Below, one piece after another: positions 1 through 12,019 of a stretch of 64,000 bases of DNA; position 1 is the stretch's first letter; each line of letters opens with the position of its first letter. The position numbers and the translations under genes were made by a program. The DNA is taken from contig CM059431.1 of the NCBI GenBank assembly GCA_030390025.1, positions 105,712,001-105,776,000 on the forward strand, read 5' to 3'. The DNA comes from Squalus acanthias. Taxonomy: Eukaryota. The notes under the pieces were generated by a model, which did no database searches, had not been told where the DNA came from, and worked only from the letters and a program-made list of their open reading frames with translations.

Positions 1-133
1 TGTCACGATCTCTGTGATGGCGAGATCCCCGGTGATCGAGTTTACCGGCAGTATGGCGTGATGTCACGATCTCTGTGATGGCGAGGTCCCCGGTGATCGA
101 GTTTACCGGCAGTGCTACCGGCAATATGGCGTG
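1..133. repeat. Local tandem duplication, ~61-bp period
   Basis: TGTCACGATCTCTGTGATGGCGAG(A/G)TCCCCGGTGATCGAGTTTACCGGCAGT at 1 and again at 62, then a partial TACCGGCAATATGGCGTG; cut by the window edge. Confidence 0.8.
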
Positions 134-510
134 CGGTGCTGGAAACGGCATCAGCTGTCATTACAGCTGTCAACGGCATTTTAGCACCATCTTGTGCTGC
201 TAACATGTGGCGCAAACCACACGAATTTCTCCCTGAGTATCTACATCTAGCACGACCAGGCCATGAACCAAATGCAAAGGAATACACTTTCTAATCTTTC
301 CCAACACTGTACTTCAACCCCAACTGAAAACATCACATACTATCACACAAGTCTGATTTTTTCTGTATCCTTCATCAACACTCCCCATGGCATGTCGAAG
401 TGAGATCGTTAACTTAATGCCAATTTTTGGTGAACTTGAGAAAAAAATGCTCAACTAAGACTTGCCAAGCTCATTTCACTCATACCCTTAAAAACCAACA
501 GAGACAGGAG

Positions 511-1752
511 CAGGGCCGGCCTTAGGGAACATGGCGCACTGGGTGATCTTGTATTTTGGTGCCCTTTCTTTGAGTTTAAGTATGTAGTAGTATTAGCAAA
601 AGTTTCAGAAATAAAGCTGTAATCTCAAAAGATTTTTGTAATTTAAATAATAAGCGTAAAAATTAACATTATAGCTAATTGACAAATTAAACATTAAATT
701 AAACACTAAACTTAATAAATAACAATAACAAATAGAAAACTTTGTTCACCAAGATATTTTGGCCCATATCATTCTCGATAGACAGGAGGGCCAGCGAAGA
801 TAGCTTCTCATCTACATGGTGGATCACAAATATGTTTTTATGAGCTTCAACTTCGAGAACATAGATCGTGGATGTGCAGTTACATGCCGCCATGAGGAAG
901 GTGTCAGGGACGCTCAAGTCCACTCTAACTGAGTGGCTCCCAGTGCTGTCCCACATTGCCCCTGCCTGCCTTTTGCCACCACGCCACTGTGCTCCGTGAG
1001 ATGAAAAAAATCATGAGCAACGTCGACCTTCCCATTCACGAAAACTTGAAAAACCCAACCACGAAAGCCCTTAATATCACGCCGGCCATTCTGGGAGACA
1101 GAAACCAATATTCACGCAGCTGGTATCGACCCACTATCCAGATGGACGGAATCATGGGACGCAGGCAACATAAAGAACCGACACCTCATCACTGACCCAA
1201 CAGCAGAAATCCCTGGCTTCGACCTCCCTCGAAGACAGTGGGCAGCGCTCAACCCAATCTGCACAGGGCCTGGACGATGCAGGCCGCCTGCTGCACAAGT
1301 GGAAGATGAGGGACGACCCGATGAGGGCGACTGTGGCCGTGAGCCCCAGACCACGGAACACATCACATCAACCTGCCCACACAAATTTGTTGTGGGAGGC
1401 AACTCATCTCTCCACTCGGCATCTCAGGTGGCCATCGAATGGAGAGCCAAACTAGACATCCCATTATAAGCTTTTCCCGTCATACGAAACAACAACTTTG
1501 AGAAGCTCCGTTCCGTGCTCGCCACCGATGCCGGCATGGTTAATAGGATCCTGAGTGCTGTCCATGTGTTTGGGAACTTGAAGTTCGCTCTTCCTGAGGA
1601 GCACTATAGTCCGTTGGAAGCAGAATTTGGAGACAGCCAAGTTCTTCGCAAAGGTCGATGCCGTTAATGTCAGACCCTCTTGACCATGGCAATCCCCTGA
1701 CCACGGTGACCTGGGCGGTCGCCCACGTCACTCACCCATAGGGCCAGCCTTG
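511..1752 (-). mobile_element. Degenerate hAT DNA transposon, internally deleted
   Basis: TIRs CAGGGCCGGCC / GGCCAGCCTTG; 8-bp TSD GACAGGAG (503-510) / GAGAGGAG (1753-1760); minus-strand remnants of the hAT C-terminal dimerisation domain (VASTERSFSKLKLIKTYL...EKLSSLALLSIEN) and DINGIDLCEEL. Confidence 0.8.
860..1493 (+). mobile_element. 3' fragment of a Vingi/Ingi-like (I-group) non-LTR retrotransposon inside the hAT element
   Basis: Frameshifted peptides MRKVSGTLKSTLTEWLPVLSHIAP, PGFDLPRRQWAALN, CGREPQTTEHITSTCP (zinc-knuckle-like); short (AAC)n tail; TSD AACTT(C/T)GAGAA at 849-859 and 1494-1504. Confidence 0.65.
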
Positions 1753-2059
1753 GAGAGGAGGTTCCATGGTGTGCAATGAAATATTACTCACTGCGCAGAA
1801 TGATTCAGAGCTGGGAGCACAACTACATTATATCCGTTTAACAGAACCTCTATAATCATTATATACATGTAAACATATGACAAAGGCCAATACAAGACCA
1901 TGAGGCCTATCAATGTTCACCCTTTCTATTAGATAATGCAACCTCGTATTCCACTCTTCCCAGTCACTAGTAACATTAACTTTGGAGGCAGACAAATAAA
2001 ACAGAAAAAATAAATTCCCCTGCCCTTGTCTTGCAATGTACCAGTGGATTCAAGACCTT

Positions 2060-2168
2060 GAATTCAAGTCAGTTCTGACGAAAGGTCATCGACCTGAAAC
2101 GTTAACTCTGTTTCTCTCTCCACAGATGCTGCCTGACCTGCTGAGTATTTCCTGCATTTTCCTGTTTT
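2060..2168 (+). mobile_element. Short Penelope-type terminal repeat element (family A) carrying a hammerhead ribozyme
   Basis: 13-bp TSD GATTCAAGACCTT (2047-2059, 2169-2181); body matches copies near 7735, 12861, 13215 and 35144. Confidence 0.75.
2071..2107 (+). ncRNA. Minimal type I hammerhead ribozyme motif (family A)
   Basis: AGTT CTGACGA A AGGTC-ATC-GACCT GAAA CGTT AACT: full core, 5-bp stem II, palindromic AACGTT helix III, stem I AGTT/AACT. Confidence 0.75.
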
Positions 2169-2432
2169 GATTCAAGACCTTATTTGAAACGATTGCAAGT
2201 TATGTTGCTTGGATGACACGGCATGGGAGTAACAATCATTGTCACCATCTGATAGGTGCACCAAAACTCCATTGACATGCCTTTGGGCCAATACACTGGC
2301 ATGAGACCAGCGCTGCTGGAGCTGCCAATACCGAGATGGTGCACCAGTGCCAATATGCCACGATACAAATGTTTTGCTTGTGGAAAGGGGAGGGGAAAGA
2401 ATGCCAGACTTGTATAACTTCCTATGAGACTG

Positions 2433-2624
2433 AGCGGGTAATTTTAAGCTAACTTGCCGAGTGGGAAATCCACGGGATGGGGAGTGATGCTTATTTTATG
2501 CCCAGCCCAATAATACCCTACATTGACTTCAATGGCACGTAAAACCGGGGGCGGGGTGTAAAACCAGTGTTGGACCCGATCTAGTCAGTTGCCCGACCAG
2601 CGGGTTAGATTAAAATTGCCCGCC
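2433..2624. mobile_element. Small MITE
   Basis: Imperfect terminal inverted repeats GCGGGTAATTTTAA / TTAAAATTGCCCGC; no coding capacity. Confidence 0.6.
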
Positions 2625-3717
2625 TAGACTTTGGTGTAATGCAGAAAATAATTTGAGGAGATGGCCCTTGAAAATTTCAACTATGACCGTGTGTCGGAGC
2701 TAAAATTCACTTAAATTTCCTAATAAATATTTATTCAGTATTGCTCACCAGTGTTCCGGCAAACCATAGACATTACGAAGGGATAAGGCCGTCTGCAACA
2801 TCCCCCGCACAGCAGTCTGGCGGTCCCATGCGGGCCGCTCACCGGCTTTTCAATGGAAATAACCGCGCAAGCGCGAAGAATTGTACGGTCCGCACAGCCA
2901 GTTAAAGGGCTCGCGCGCCCAATAAATAATTGACAGGGCACATTGGCTGTCAGCATGCAAAAGAATCCAGCACAATGCAGACAATAGCTTAGAGAGTCTG
3001 CAAAATGCAATCGAATTCTGTGTCTAAGTATTGAAGCACAACATGACTATAGCTTTAGGCTCATCTTTTATCTAAAACTGAGATATTGTGGAGTGCAATT
3101 CTTTTCTGATGAATCTTTTGAAGTGACCACTCTCTTATCTGTGATTACAATGCTTGGCAAAGCATTGCATGTCGCGTAATGAATGCCCGAGAGATGTTTG
3201 CAGCTTTTTATCTCCCTGCCTATATATTTTATAGTAGATATATATTATATCAGTGGTTTAAACTGGTCATTAGTGAACTAAAAGAACCGAAAAGAGGGCC
3301 ATGGAGGGAATTTAATTTTACACAAAAAAAATGTCCAGAAATTGCCCGGAGGAGCCTATACAATTTTAGAAAAGAGGCCCTTGAGAGTTTGAGGGTTCTG
3401 CTAAAAATCAATAAGCATTGCCTGAAGGAGTTGGAGGTAGTTGGCAAAATTTAATGAAAATGGCTTAGTGGATTTGAAGAGTGGCAAACATTTAATGAAA
3501 AGTTGCCTGTTTCACCAGAAGCATCGAGAAGATTAATAACCTCAAACATAGAGCATAATCACTTATTATGACATTTGGCTTGAAGGGCAATCATGGTCCT
3601 GTGGCAGATACTACACCACAATCACTATTTTCTTTGGGGAAGTTATGATTCGTTCCCCGTCTATATACATCATACACAGTATGATAAGATAGATTGCTCC
3701 CAGTGAGCAATAAGACA

Positions 3718-4449
3718 TAACAACATTATATTTATGTAGCACCTTTAACATAGTAAAAGGCCCAAGGTGCTCCACAGGAGTTTTGGCAAAATTTGGCACC
3801 AAGCCACATTGTTGATGACCAAAAGCTTGGTCAAAAAGTATGTTTTATGGTGCGAGTAGGAGAGAGGCAGAGAGGCAGAGAGGTTCAGAGAGGGAATTCC
3901 AGAGCTTAGGGCTTAGGCAGCTGAATGCACGGCCAACAATGGTGGAGCGAAGGAAATCGGGGATACGCAAGAGGCCAGAATTGGAGGAGCGCAGAGATCT
4001 CAGAGGGTGATAGGGCTGGTGGAGTTTGCGTCGAAAGGGAGGGTTGAGGCCATGGAGGGATTTGAATCCAGGATGAGAATTAAAAAAATCCAGGTGTTGC
4101 CAGACTGGGAGCCAATGTAGGTCAGCAAGCACAGGCAGCAAAGTTTTGAATGAGCTCAAGGTTATGGAGGGTAGTAGGTAGGAGGTTGGCCAGGAGAGCA
4201 TTGGAACAGTCGAGTCTGGATGAGAGTTTCAGTAGTAGATGGGCTGAGGCAGGAGCTGAGACAGGTGATGTTACAGAGGTGGAAGTAGGCGGTCTTGGTA
4301 ATGAAGTGGATATGTGGTTTGAAGCTCACCTCAGAATCGAATAGGATGCTGAGGGTGCGAACAATCTGGTTCAGCCTCAGACAGTGGCCAGGGTGGGGGA
4401 TGAAGTCGGGAGCTTGGGAACGGAGTTTGTGGTGGGGACCGAAGACAAT
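3718..4449 (-). mobile_element. L2 LINE 3' portion, continuing at 7424-7610
   Basis: Minus-strand peptides PVLADLHWLPV, RAFSCLSPKLWNSL; homologous to 57533-58620; sequence resumes after the Harbinger insertion (GACAAT|GGCTT). Confidence 0.85.
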
Positions 4450-4741
4450 GGCCAGAATATTGCCTACCTGAGCAGGTCCGGTGTGGGCGGTGTCCATGGC
4501 GGGTCGCGACCCCGCTGCTGGCTCCATCCCGCTGTTGAAAATGAACTTACCTTAATGGGGGCCTATTAAGCCCGCCCAGCGCGTTACCCGGCCCAATGAG
4601 ATGGAGCGGGTCTGGTAACATCACTCATGACGCGTTTTCAGCCAGGACCTTTAAGGGGACCATGGCCACATTAGATTTGAAGTTTAATCTAACATAGTGC
4701 TGTCAGTGCACTACAGCATTGGAGTGCTGCAAACACTGACA

Positions 4742-4981
4742 ATGACTGCACAGAGGCGGAGGGCTGCACCCAGGTTCACCGATGACTCCCTCCATATGCT
4801 TATAGAAGGAGTCAGAGCACGCAGGGAGTTACTCTTCCCTTCCGATGGGTGGAAGAGACCTCCCCAGGAGACCAAGACAGCCTGGTTGCAGATTGCAGAG
4901 GAGGTCACATGCAGGGATGTGGTCAGGAGGAGCTGGGTGCAGTGCCGCAAACATTTCAATGATCTCATTAGATCAGGAAGC
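4742..4981 (+). CDS. Harbinger-associated Myb/SANT-like (trihelix) DNA-binding domain, transposon-encoded
   Basis: MTAQRRRAAPRFTDDSLHMLIEGVRARRELLF...TAWLQIAEEV...RRSWVQCRKHFNDL fits the RF...L...W..IA..V...R...QC.K.F/W.DL pattern; frame is open across the domain. Confidence 0.75.
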
Positions 4982-5268
4982 GTTAGTACAAAGCCACACT
5001 CACCTTCATCCTGCTGTGCCTCTCATCACATCCCCATCACTCTGCCTTCCCTACCCTACTCCTGCACATCCTTACTCACACCAACATACCTTGCACCTCC
5101 ACCCATCCCTCTCTCTATATCTACATTATCACATCCCCATCTCACGAGCACCCCCTCACGCTCACCCTCATCCTAGTGCAATCATACCAATTAACAACAC
5201 ACAAGGGTAGCCATTTGGGTTTTTATCCAATGTTTATCTAAAGTTTCTGTTAATGTGGTGTCAAACAT

Positions 5269-6399
5269 AATGGGAGCCCATGGGATCCAGGGCAATTTGG
5301 CACATTGGATCCAAAATTGGCTTAGTGGCAGGAGGCAGAGGGTGATGGTCAAAGGTTGTTTTTGTGACTGGAGGCCTGTGTCCAGTGGTGTACCACAGGG
5401 ATCGGTGCTGGGTCTTTTGCTGTTTGTAGTGTACATTAATGATTTAGATATGAATGTAGGAGGTATGATCAGTAAGTTCGCAGATGACACAAAAATTGGT
5501 GGAGTGGTAAATAGCGAGGAGGGAAGCCTCAGGCTACAGGACGATATAGACGGGTTGGTTAGATGGGCAGAACAGTGGCAAATGGAATTTAACCCTGAAA
5601 AGTGTGCGGTGATGCATTTTGGGAGGACTAACAAGACAAGGGAATACACAATGAATGGTAGGACCCTAGGAAGGACAGAGGATCAGAGGGACCTTGGTGT
5701 GCATGTACATAGATCCCTGAAGGCAGCAGGACAGGTAGATAAGGTGATTAAAAAGGCATATGGGATACTTGCCTTCATTAGCCGAGGCATAGAATATAAG
5801 AGCAGGGAGGTTATGATGGAGCTGTACAAAACGCTAGTTAGGCCACAGCTGGAATACTGTGTGCAGTTCTGGTCGCCACACTATAGGAAGGATGTGATTG
5901 CATTGGAGAGGGTGCAGAGGAGATTCACCAGGATGTTACCTGGGCTGGAGCACTTCAGCTATGAAGAGATACTGGACAGGCTGGGGTTGTTTTCCTTAGA
6001 GCAGAGAAGGCTGAGGGGGGACCTGATTGAGGTGTACAAAATTATGAGGGGCATAGATAGGGTAGATAGAAAGGAACTTTTCCCCTTAGTAGAGGGGTCA
6101 ATAACCAGGGGGCATAGTTTCAAGGTAATGGGCAGGAGGTTTAGAGGGGATTTGAGGAAAAACTTTTTCACCCAGAGGGTGGTTGGAATCTGGAACTCAC
6201 TGCCTGAAAGAGTGGTAGAGGCAGGAACCCTCACAACATTCAAGAAGCATTTAGATGAGCACTTGAAACGCCATAGCATACAAGGCTACGGACCAAGTGC
6301 TGGAAAATGGGATTAGAATAGACAGGGCTTGATGGCCAGCGTGGACATGATGGGCCGAAGGGCCTCTTTCTGTGCTGTATAACTCTATGACATGACTCT
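5269..6399 (+). mobile_element. CR1 LINE, 5'-truncated, nested in the Harbinger element
   Basis: RT ORF followed by a CR1-type 3' end (GGGCCGAAGGGCCT...CTGTATAACTCTATGA); absent at the same position in the paralogous Harbinger copy (~22150). Confidence 0.95.
5275..6316 (+). pseudogene. CR1 ORF2 reverse transcriptase, C-terminal part (open frame, 5'-truncated)
   Basis: SGVPQGSVLG, KFADDTK, LVRPQLEYCVQFWSP, FFTQRVVGIWNSLP motifs in the 353-aa ORF. Confidence 0.92.
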
Positions 6400-6745
6400 A
6401 TAAAAATCTTTATTTTTAACACTTTCCGGTATTGGACAGATTTGTGTGCACCTTTGGAAGTGGCTTACTGAGTTGCAGTGAATGGTGAGACATAACAGTA
6501 CCCCCCGCAATGTTGATGAGTGTGAAAGTAATGGCTTGGGCATTGTAGGGATGCTTTCTGGTGTTGGTATGGGGTGGTGCCAATCTGGCGCATCATGGGG
6601 CAGCCATATGGGTGTACAGTGTAAAGTTAACTAAATCTGGCCATGATGAGGCCATCCCTGGCCTCCCGGGCAGCAATGTGCTCGGGTGCTGATGCCCTGT
6701 GTCCTGTGCAGCATCAGGTGATTACGGAGAAGGTTGGTGTTGTTG

Positions 6746-6882
6746 AAAAGAAAAAAGAAAGACTTGTATTTATATAGCACCTTTCACAACCACCAGACGT
6801 CTCAACATGCTTTACAGCCAAAGAAGAACTTTTGAAGTGGAGTCACTGTTGTAATGTAGGAAATGCGGCAGCCAATTTGCTG
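6746..6882 (-). mobile_element. 3' tail of a SacSINE1-like SINE inside the Harbinger element
   Basis: Reverse complement of the 34105-34229 region. Confidence 0.8.
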
Positions 6883-7423
6883 TGCTGTATAAATGCCAAT
6901 GGTGCTGCTGGTATACCTGGTGCTGCTGGTGTTGGGGCTCATCATGAAGGGATTCTGAGGACCAAGGTGAGACAGTATAAAGGGAACCCATATTGATGAG
7001 ATGCCAGGTGAAGTACAGATGACAGAAGCATTCTGTCAATGGTGAGAGAGTTCTTCCAATGAGGTGAGACTGGATGGAGACTTTGCTGGAAACACTTGCA
7101 GCCTGCAGAATCTGTGCTGGGAATGGACTGAGCAACAGCTTCTGCCTGAGGAAAGTGATCATCTGTCAGGTGGGAGCTTTTACTGTACACTTCATGCTGT
7201 CAAGTAATCAGCTGGAGCAATGGCCACTGAACTCCAGCCTCAGGTTGACAGACGTGGTTCCCGAACTGCGTGAATCCCGTGGCCTTGCAGGGAAATTTTA
7301 AAAGTGAAAAAGGGCACTTAAGTGCCTGTAAACTACCTGATGATCATCTCAATTCTCATCTCATCTCAAAAATAACAACTTTCCCACCCAACCCGCTACC
7401 TACCACCCTGGAAAATTCCGGCC

Positions 7424-7610
7424 AATGGCTTTGATCTTTCCAATATTTAATTGGAGGAAATTTCTGCTCATCCAATACAGCCTGACAAATCAGAGGCAGT
7501 GGAAGTGTTGAGGGGTGGTAGTGAGTTAGAGCTGGGTGTCATCAACGTACCTGTGGAATCTGACCTTTTGTTTTCAGATGATGTCGCCAATGGGCAGCTT
7601 GTAGAGAAGA
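7424..7610 (-). mobile_element. L2 LINE continuation
   Basis: Aligns by eye with 58357-58560 (YADD region). Confidence 0.8.
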
Positions 7611-7724
7611 AGTATACGCTGCCATCAAAGGACATGGTTACTGTCTTTTCTGGACCCAGGTAGGTAGATTGCCAGACCCCTACAGTCTAGCAATGTGGTT
7701 TGTCTGTGTGGACTACCCTTCAGC

Positions 7725-7885
7725 AGACCTTCCCTTTTGTTTTTTCCTCCCCTCCTGCCTCTGACTTGCTTAAAACCTGTCACATCTCCAACTTCTTCCA
7801 AATCTGACGAAAGGTCGTCGACCTAAAACGTTAACTCTGTTTCTCTCTCCACAGATGCTGCCTGATCTGTTGAGCATTTCCAGCA
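7725..7885 (+). mobile_element. Penelope-type family A copy with a mutated hammerhead core
   Basis: CTGACGAAAGGTCGTCGACCTAAAACGTTAAC at 7804 (GAAA changed to AAAA), followed by the family A 3' sequence. Confidence 0.75.
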
Positions 7886-9039
7886 CCCGTCTGTATGGTA
7901 TCGTATGTTTATTTGTTTCTTAAAAAAGCAATTGGTCTGCGTTTTTCATTACAGCCATACAGTGAGCACTAGTTCAGGAAGGTTGTGCCCTTTTAAACAT
8001 CATGGTTGGCTTTTGAACGGAAGAGAGAGCAACAGTATAACTGGTGTAGGAATAAACAACTAAATTAGCAGCTTATTACTACAGCTTCAAGATTTGTCAC
8101 TGCCGATGGACTACATTTTATGAAATGATGAAATATATTTTACTGGAAGCTAATGGTTCTCTGAATTCCTTCAAAATTCATGCATTCATAGGCCTGTAGA
8201 CCTCTTCACAAAGGAAAATTATGTAATTTTTCTTAAGTCTTTTTGAAGACTTCTGTATCTTTATAGTCCATGTACGCTGCATCTCCTTTGGCAATTAAAA
8301 GTCTGAGCGCCAAATAACCTCTTTTGTCACTTCATTGAAATGGGGGAATGGGACAGATTGAAGTACTCAGCTGCCAAAAGGAACAACTACTTGCAAAACT
8401 CTGAAGCTGGCAAAAGAAAACACAAAAATGTCACCACTCACCACACTGCTGTTGTTTTTGCTGTCCCCACAGTAACATTGGGGATGACAGCAGTTCCTGG
8501 ATGGAACTTTTTTTAATTCCGCCAGTGGACATCTCATGCTGGTTAAGGTTATTTATATAAAATTCTGCTGCAGTGCAAAAAACATTGATAGAAGCAGTCA
8601 AGCCAGCACCTAGTGAGAAATTAATTGGCATAGCAGAAGTGTTGAGAGAAGATTGATCAAGCTGTGCTCGAGACAGAATATTATTACAGGGGTCAGATTG
8701 ACCTCTGGACGAATCTGATGACACACGCAATGCTAATCCACTTTTACCGAGCCATGAAGTGCTAAACAATCACATTTTTATCAAAACTGAAATTAAGTTA
8801 TGGATTTTAACATCATTAACTTCATACATTTGAGTGCCTTCTCAGGACTGAATTCATTTAATCAGTACAATGGCGCCATTTTGTTCTTTTGAGCACTGTA
8901 TCGACAGCAATGACAGTTTTCGCTTCGTCTGTCCATGAGTCAAGAACAACAAAACAATTAACACTAAGTACGGCCATTGTGGGTTTTAAAAAAAAAAATT
9001 CCAAACCAACTTTAACTTGAAAAACAAACCCAAGACTTT

Positions 9040-9915
9040 GGCCGGAATTTTGCCGGCGCTCAGGGGGCGGGTTTGGAGGCGGGACCGCTGTCAAAATCAC
9101 AAAGATTGACGGCGGGTAGGAAACCCGCTGTCAACCCGCCTCCAATCAATCTTCCCAAGTGTCGGGTACCCGGTTTGCGCATGGGCCCGACACCTAGTGG
9201 TGGGAAGAGGATTATAGCCACTTACCTGCCTGTTAACAGATACTTGATAGTAGTTGACAGGCTCTTTTTCAATTTTGCCGCTTCTGCCTCGGGTTTCCCG
9301 ATGTCCGGACACCACGCCAGGTAAGTGTGGCGTGTTGTGAGTCTGCTGTAATGTTTCTGGATTGATGACAGCTGCAGAAGTGGTGTGAATGATCCAATGT
9401 TGCACTGGTGAGTCTCAGAGATAAGAAAATGTTTGGGGAAATCATTTTTAATGCATTTACACATTTCTTTAGGTAACAAGTTTTGAAATCCATGTCAAGT
9501 GCCACCTCATTGGGAGAACCTCTCTCACCAGTGATAGATTGCTTCTGTCACCTCACCTGCAGCTGCCATCTATTTCAGCCTATGGAGGGAGTCATTGGAG
9601 AGCCTGGGTGCAAGAGCTCACCTTTGTACAGTGATTGTCAGTGTTTGCAGCACCTCAATGCTGTCAAACACCGAGAAATGAGCTGTCAAAAACAAATTGT
9701 GCGTGGTCCCTTTAAGAAAACCGGCAGATGACGCATCATCAAATGACGTCATCTGACCGGCTTCCTTTTAATTGGCCGGCAAGCCCGCAGGGTGGGCTTA
9801 ACAAGGTCAATCAACGTAAAATTACGTCTGTGGGCCGGATGCAGTTGGAGGCGGACTGGAAGCCGGAAACCACCTGACCCACACCCAACCCGCCTCCAAT
9901 GAAAAAATCACGGCC
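9040..9915 (-). mobile_element. Harbinger-derived MITE / deletion derivative
   Basis: Termini GGCCGGAATTTT / AAAATCACGGCC; TSD TTT; 9575-9670 is the reverse complement of the Myb ORF start at 4715-4800. Confidence 0.8.
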
Positions 9916-9947
9916 TTTGTGTTTGTGAGTAACACCACAGGAACACT

Positions 9948-10302
9948 AGAATCATAGAATCATAGAAAATTACAGCACAGAAGGAGGCCATTCAGTCCCA
10001 TCGTGTCTGTGCCGGCTGAAAAAGAGCTATCCAGCCTAATCCCACTTTCCAGCTCTTGGTCCGTAGATTATGGCACTCCAAGTGCATATCCAAGTACTTT
10101 TTAAATGCGATGAGGTTTTCTGCCTGCACCTCCCTTTCAGGCAGAGAGTTCCAGACCCCCACCACCCTCTGGGTGAAAAAAGTTCTCCTCAACTCCCCTC
10201 TAATCCTTCAACAAATTACTTTAAATCTGTGCCCCTTGGTTATTGACCTCTCTGCTAAGGGAAATAGGTCCTTCCTATCCACTCTATCAAGGCCCCTCAT
10301 AA
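9948..10302 (-). mobile_element. CR1 LINE 3' end
   Basis: FFTQRVVGVWNSLP peptide; (TAGAATCA)n tail. Confidence 0.9.
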
Positions 10303-10713
10303 TCCCACTCCAGGGACTTGAGCACAAAAATCTAGGATGACACTCCAGTGCAGTGCTGAGGGAGTGCTGCACTGTCGGAGGTGCTGTCTTGCGGATGAGA
10401 CATTAAACCCGAGGCTCCGTCTGCTCTCTCAGGTGGACGTAAAAGATCCCACAGCCACTATTGGAAGAAGAGCAGGGGAGTTTTCCCCGGTGTCCTGGCC
10501 AATATTTATCCCTCAACCAACATAACAAAAGAAAAAACAGATTATCTGGTCATTATCACATTGCTGTTTGTGGGAGCTTGCTGTGCACAAATTGGCTGCC
10601 ATGTTTCCCACGTTGCAACAGTGACTACACTTCAAAAGTACTTCATTGGCTGTAAAGCGCTTTGGGATGTCCGGTGGTTGTGAAAGGCGCTACACAAATG
10701 CAAGTCTTTCTTT
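10303..10713 (+). mobile_element. SacSINE1/DeuSINE-type SINE, 5'-truncated
   Basis: Deu-like core GCACTGTCGGAGGTGC...GGATGAGAC.TTAAACC; L2-like tail ending AAATGCAAGTCTTTCTTT. Confidence 0.85.
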
Positions 10714-11284
10714 GTTTCACTCAGAAGCATTAGTTGTTCAACAAGCGGAGCTCAGTTTAACTCCTGCCGTTTGTTACTTGCAGTGTTCAAGTATATTGAA
10801 GAAGTGCTGGAAAAAAAGTTAAACAATTTTCTGAGTCTACACCCATGGCAAGGTGTCCATCCTGGTGCAAAAGTGGGTCAGAAAATCATAGCTCGCATTG
10901 GGCCAGGTATCTTGCCATAGATGAGGACTGGACATTTGCCCTAAAATGCCATAATGAACTATTAGTATTGGCTCCACACATATATACACAGGATATAAAT
11001 GGTAAAAAGTGACATTCAGTGTACGTAAATCAGTTTACAGCTCCCTGACTCTCTCTGGCACTCTACATTTGCAAAGCTTGTGGAAGAATGACAAATCATG
11101 AAACATGTCTTGCACACTGGCAGATAAAAAGTTGAAGAATGGAGATCCGGATTAAGTTTTTATTTATTTCCTAGACTGTAAGGCACACCATGTAGTACAG
11201 TATTCAAAACTCCCTTTGAAGAATGAATGTGGCAGTTTTTGTTCATTGTCAACCGTAAAGTGTATTAGCCACTATAAACATGTT

Positions 11285-11995
11285 GGCCCGGATTTTGTGG
11301 TCGGTATGGTGGCGTACTCTCAGAGATACGCCGCCATAACTCCTTTGAAATCCACCGCAAGCTCGGGAATTCCGCATGCATGAAATTCGGAACATGCAGT
11401 CTGGCAGCGTGCGTGTTGGGCCATCCGCGCGGGCTACGAAAAAGCAGTCGCTGGTGCAGAGTTGGGCTATTTGCCCACCAACTGGCCAGCAATTACATAC
11501 GGAAATGTTACAGTTGATGCAAGCGGGCACAGGGCCTGTTTGCATCAGTGTAAGGGGATACCTCAGGCATTAATGAAACATTTTCATACCGTAAATTATA
11601 CACATACACGGTATCAAATGAGTTTCTGCAAATATTGGCCTGGATTACAGTTTTAATGATGTCTAAAATTAGCAAAAAATTTAATTTTTAGTGAGGTTGG
11701 TGGAATGAAGGTAATTACAAATGAAATTCCAATTTTATAACTTACAATTAGATTAGATTTCGGGATTCTATTACAACTCATTACGGAAATGATTAAAATG
11801 GAATCCTGCTATATGACTGGAGGACCAGGCCCACGTGATCCAGGTACGCTTCTGCATCGCCTGCGTCCCTGGGGTCCGTGGGCCATTACGCTGTCCCTCC
11901 GCATCGCAGCCTCAGGCCGCAAGTTTTCGCGGCCTTGCCGCCAGCAGGTAGGTGGCGTACTCTGGAGGTACGCCTCCGACTGCAATCTTTGACCC
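11285..11995. mobile_element. Harbinger-type MITE
   Basis: Termini GGCCCGGATTTTGTGGTCGG / CCGACTGCAATCTTTGACCC; TSD GTT; similar layout to 34863-36060 and 45473-46190. Confidence 0.75.
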
Positions 11996-12019
11996 GTTAT
12001 AGACTTATGAAGACCAGGT

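Larger units (their letters stand above)
4450..7423 (+). mobile_element. Non-autonomous PIF/Harbinger element retaining the Myb/SANT gene
   Basis: Termini GGCCAGAATATT / AAAATTCCGGCC; 3-bp TSD AAT (4447-4449, 7424-7426); splits an L2; collinear with 19870-23122. Confidence 0.85.

Noticed and set aside
1..133. CRISPR-like array
   Set aside because: Only two units, no unique spacers, no cas genes, and vertebrate context
5255..6316. 353-aa RT ORF as a host gene or retron/DGR-type system
   Set aside because: It is a 5'-truncated CR1 ORF2 with a standard CR1 tail and many paralogous fragments in the window; its apparent start lies in the flanking Harbinger sequence
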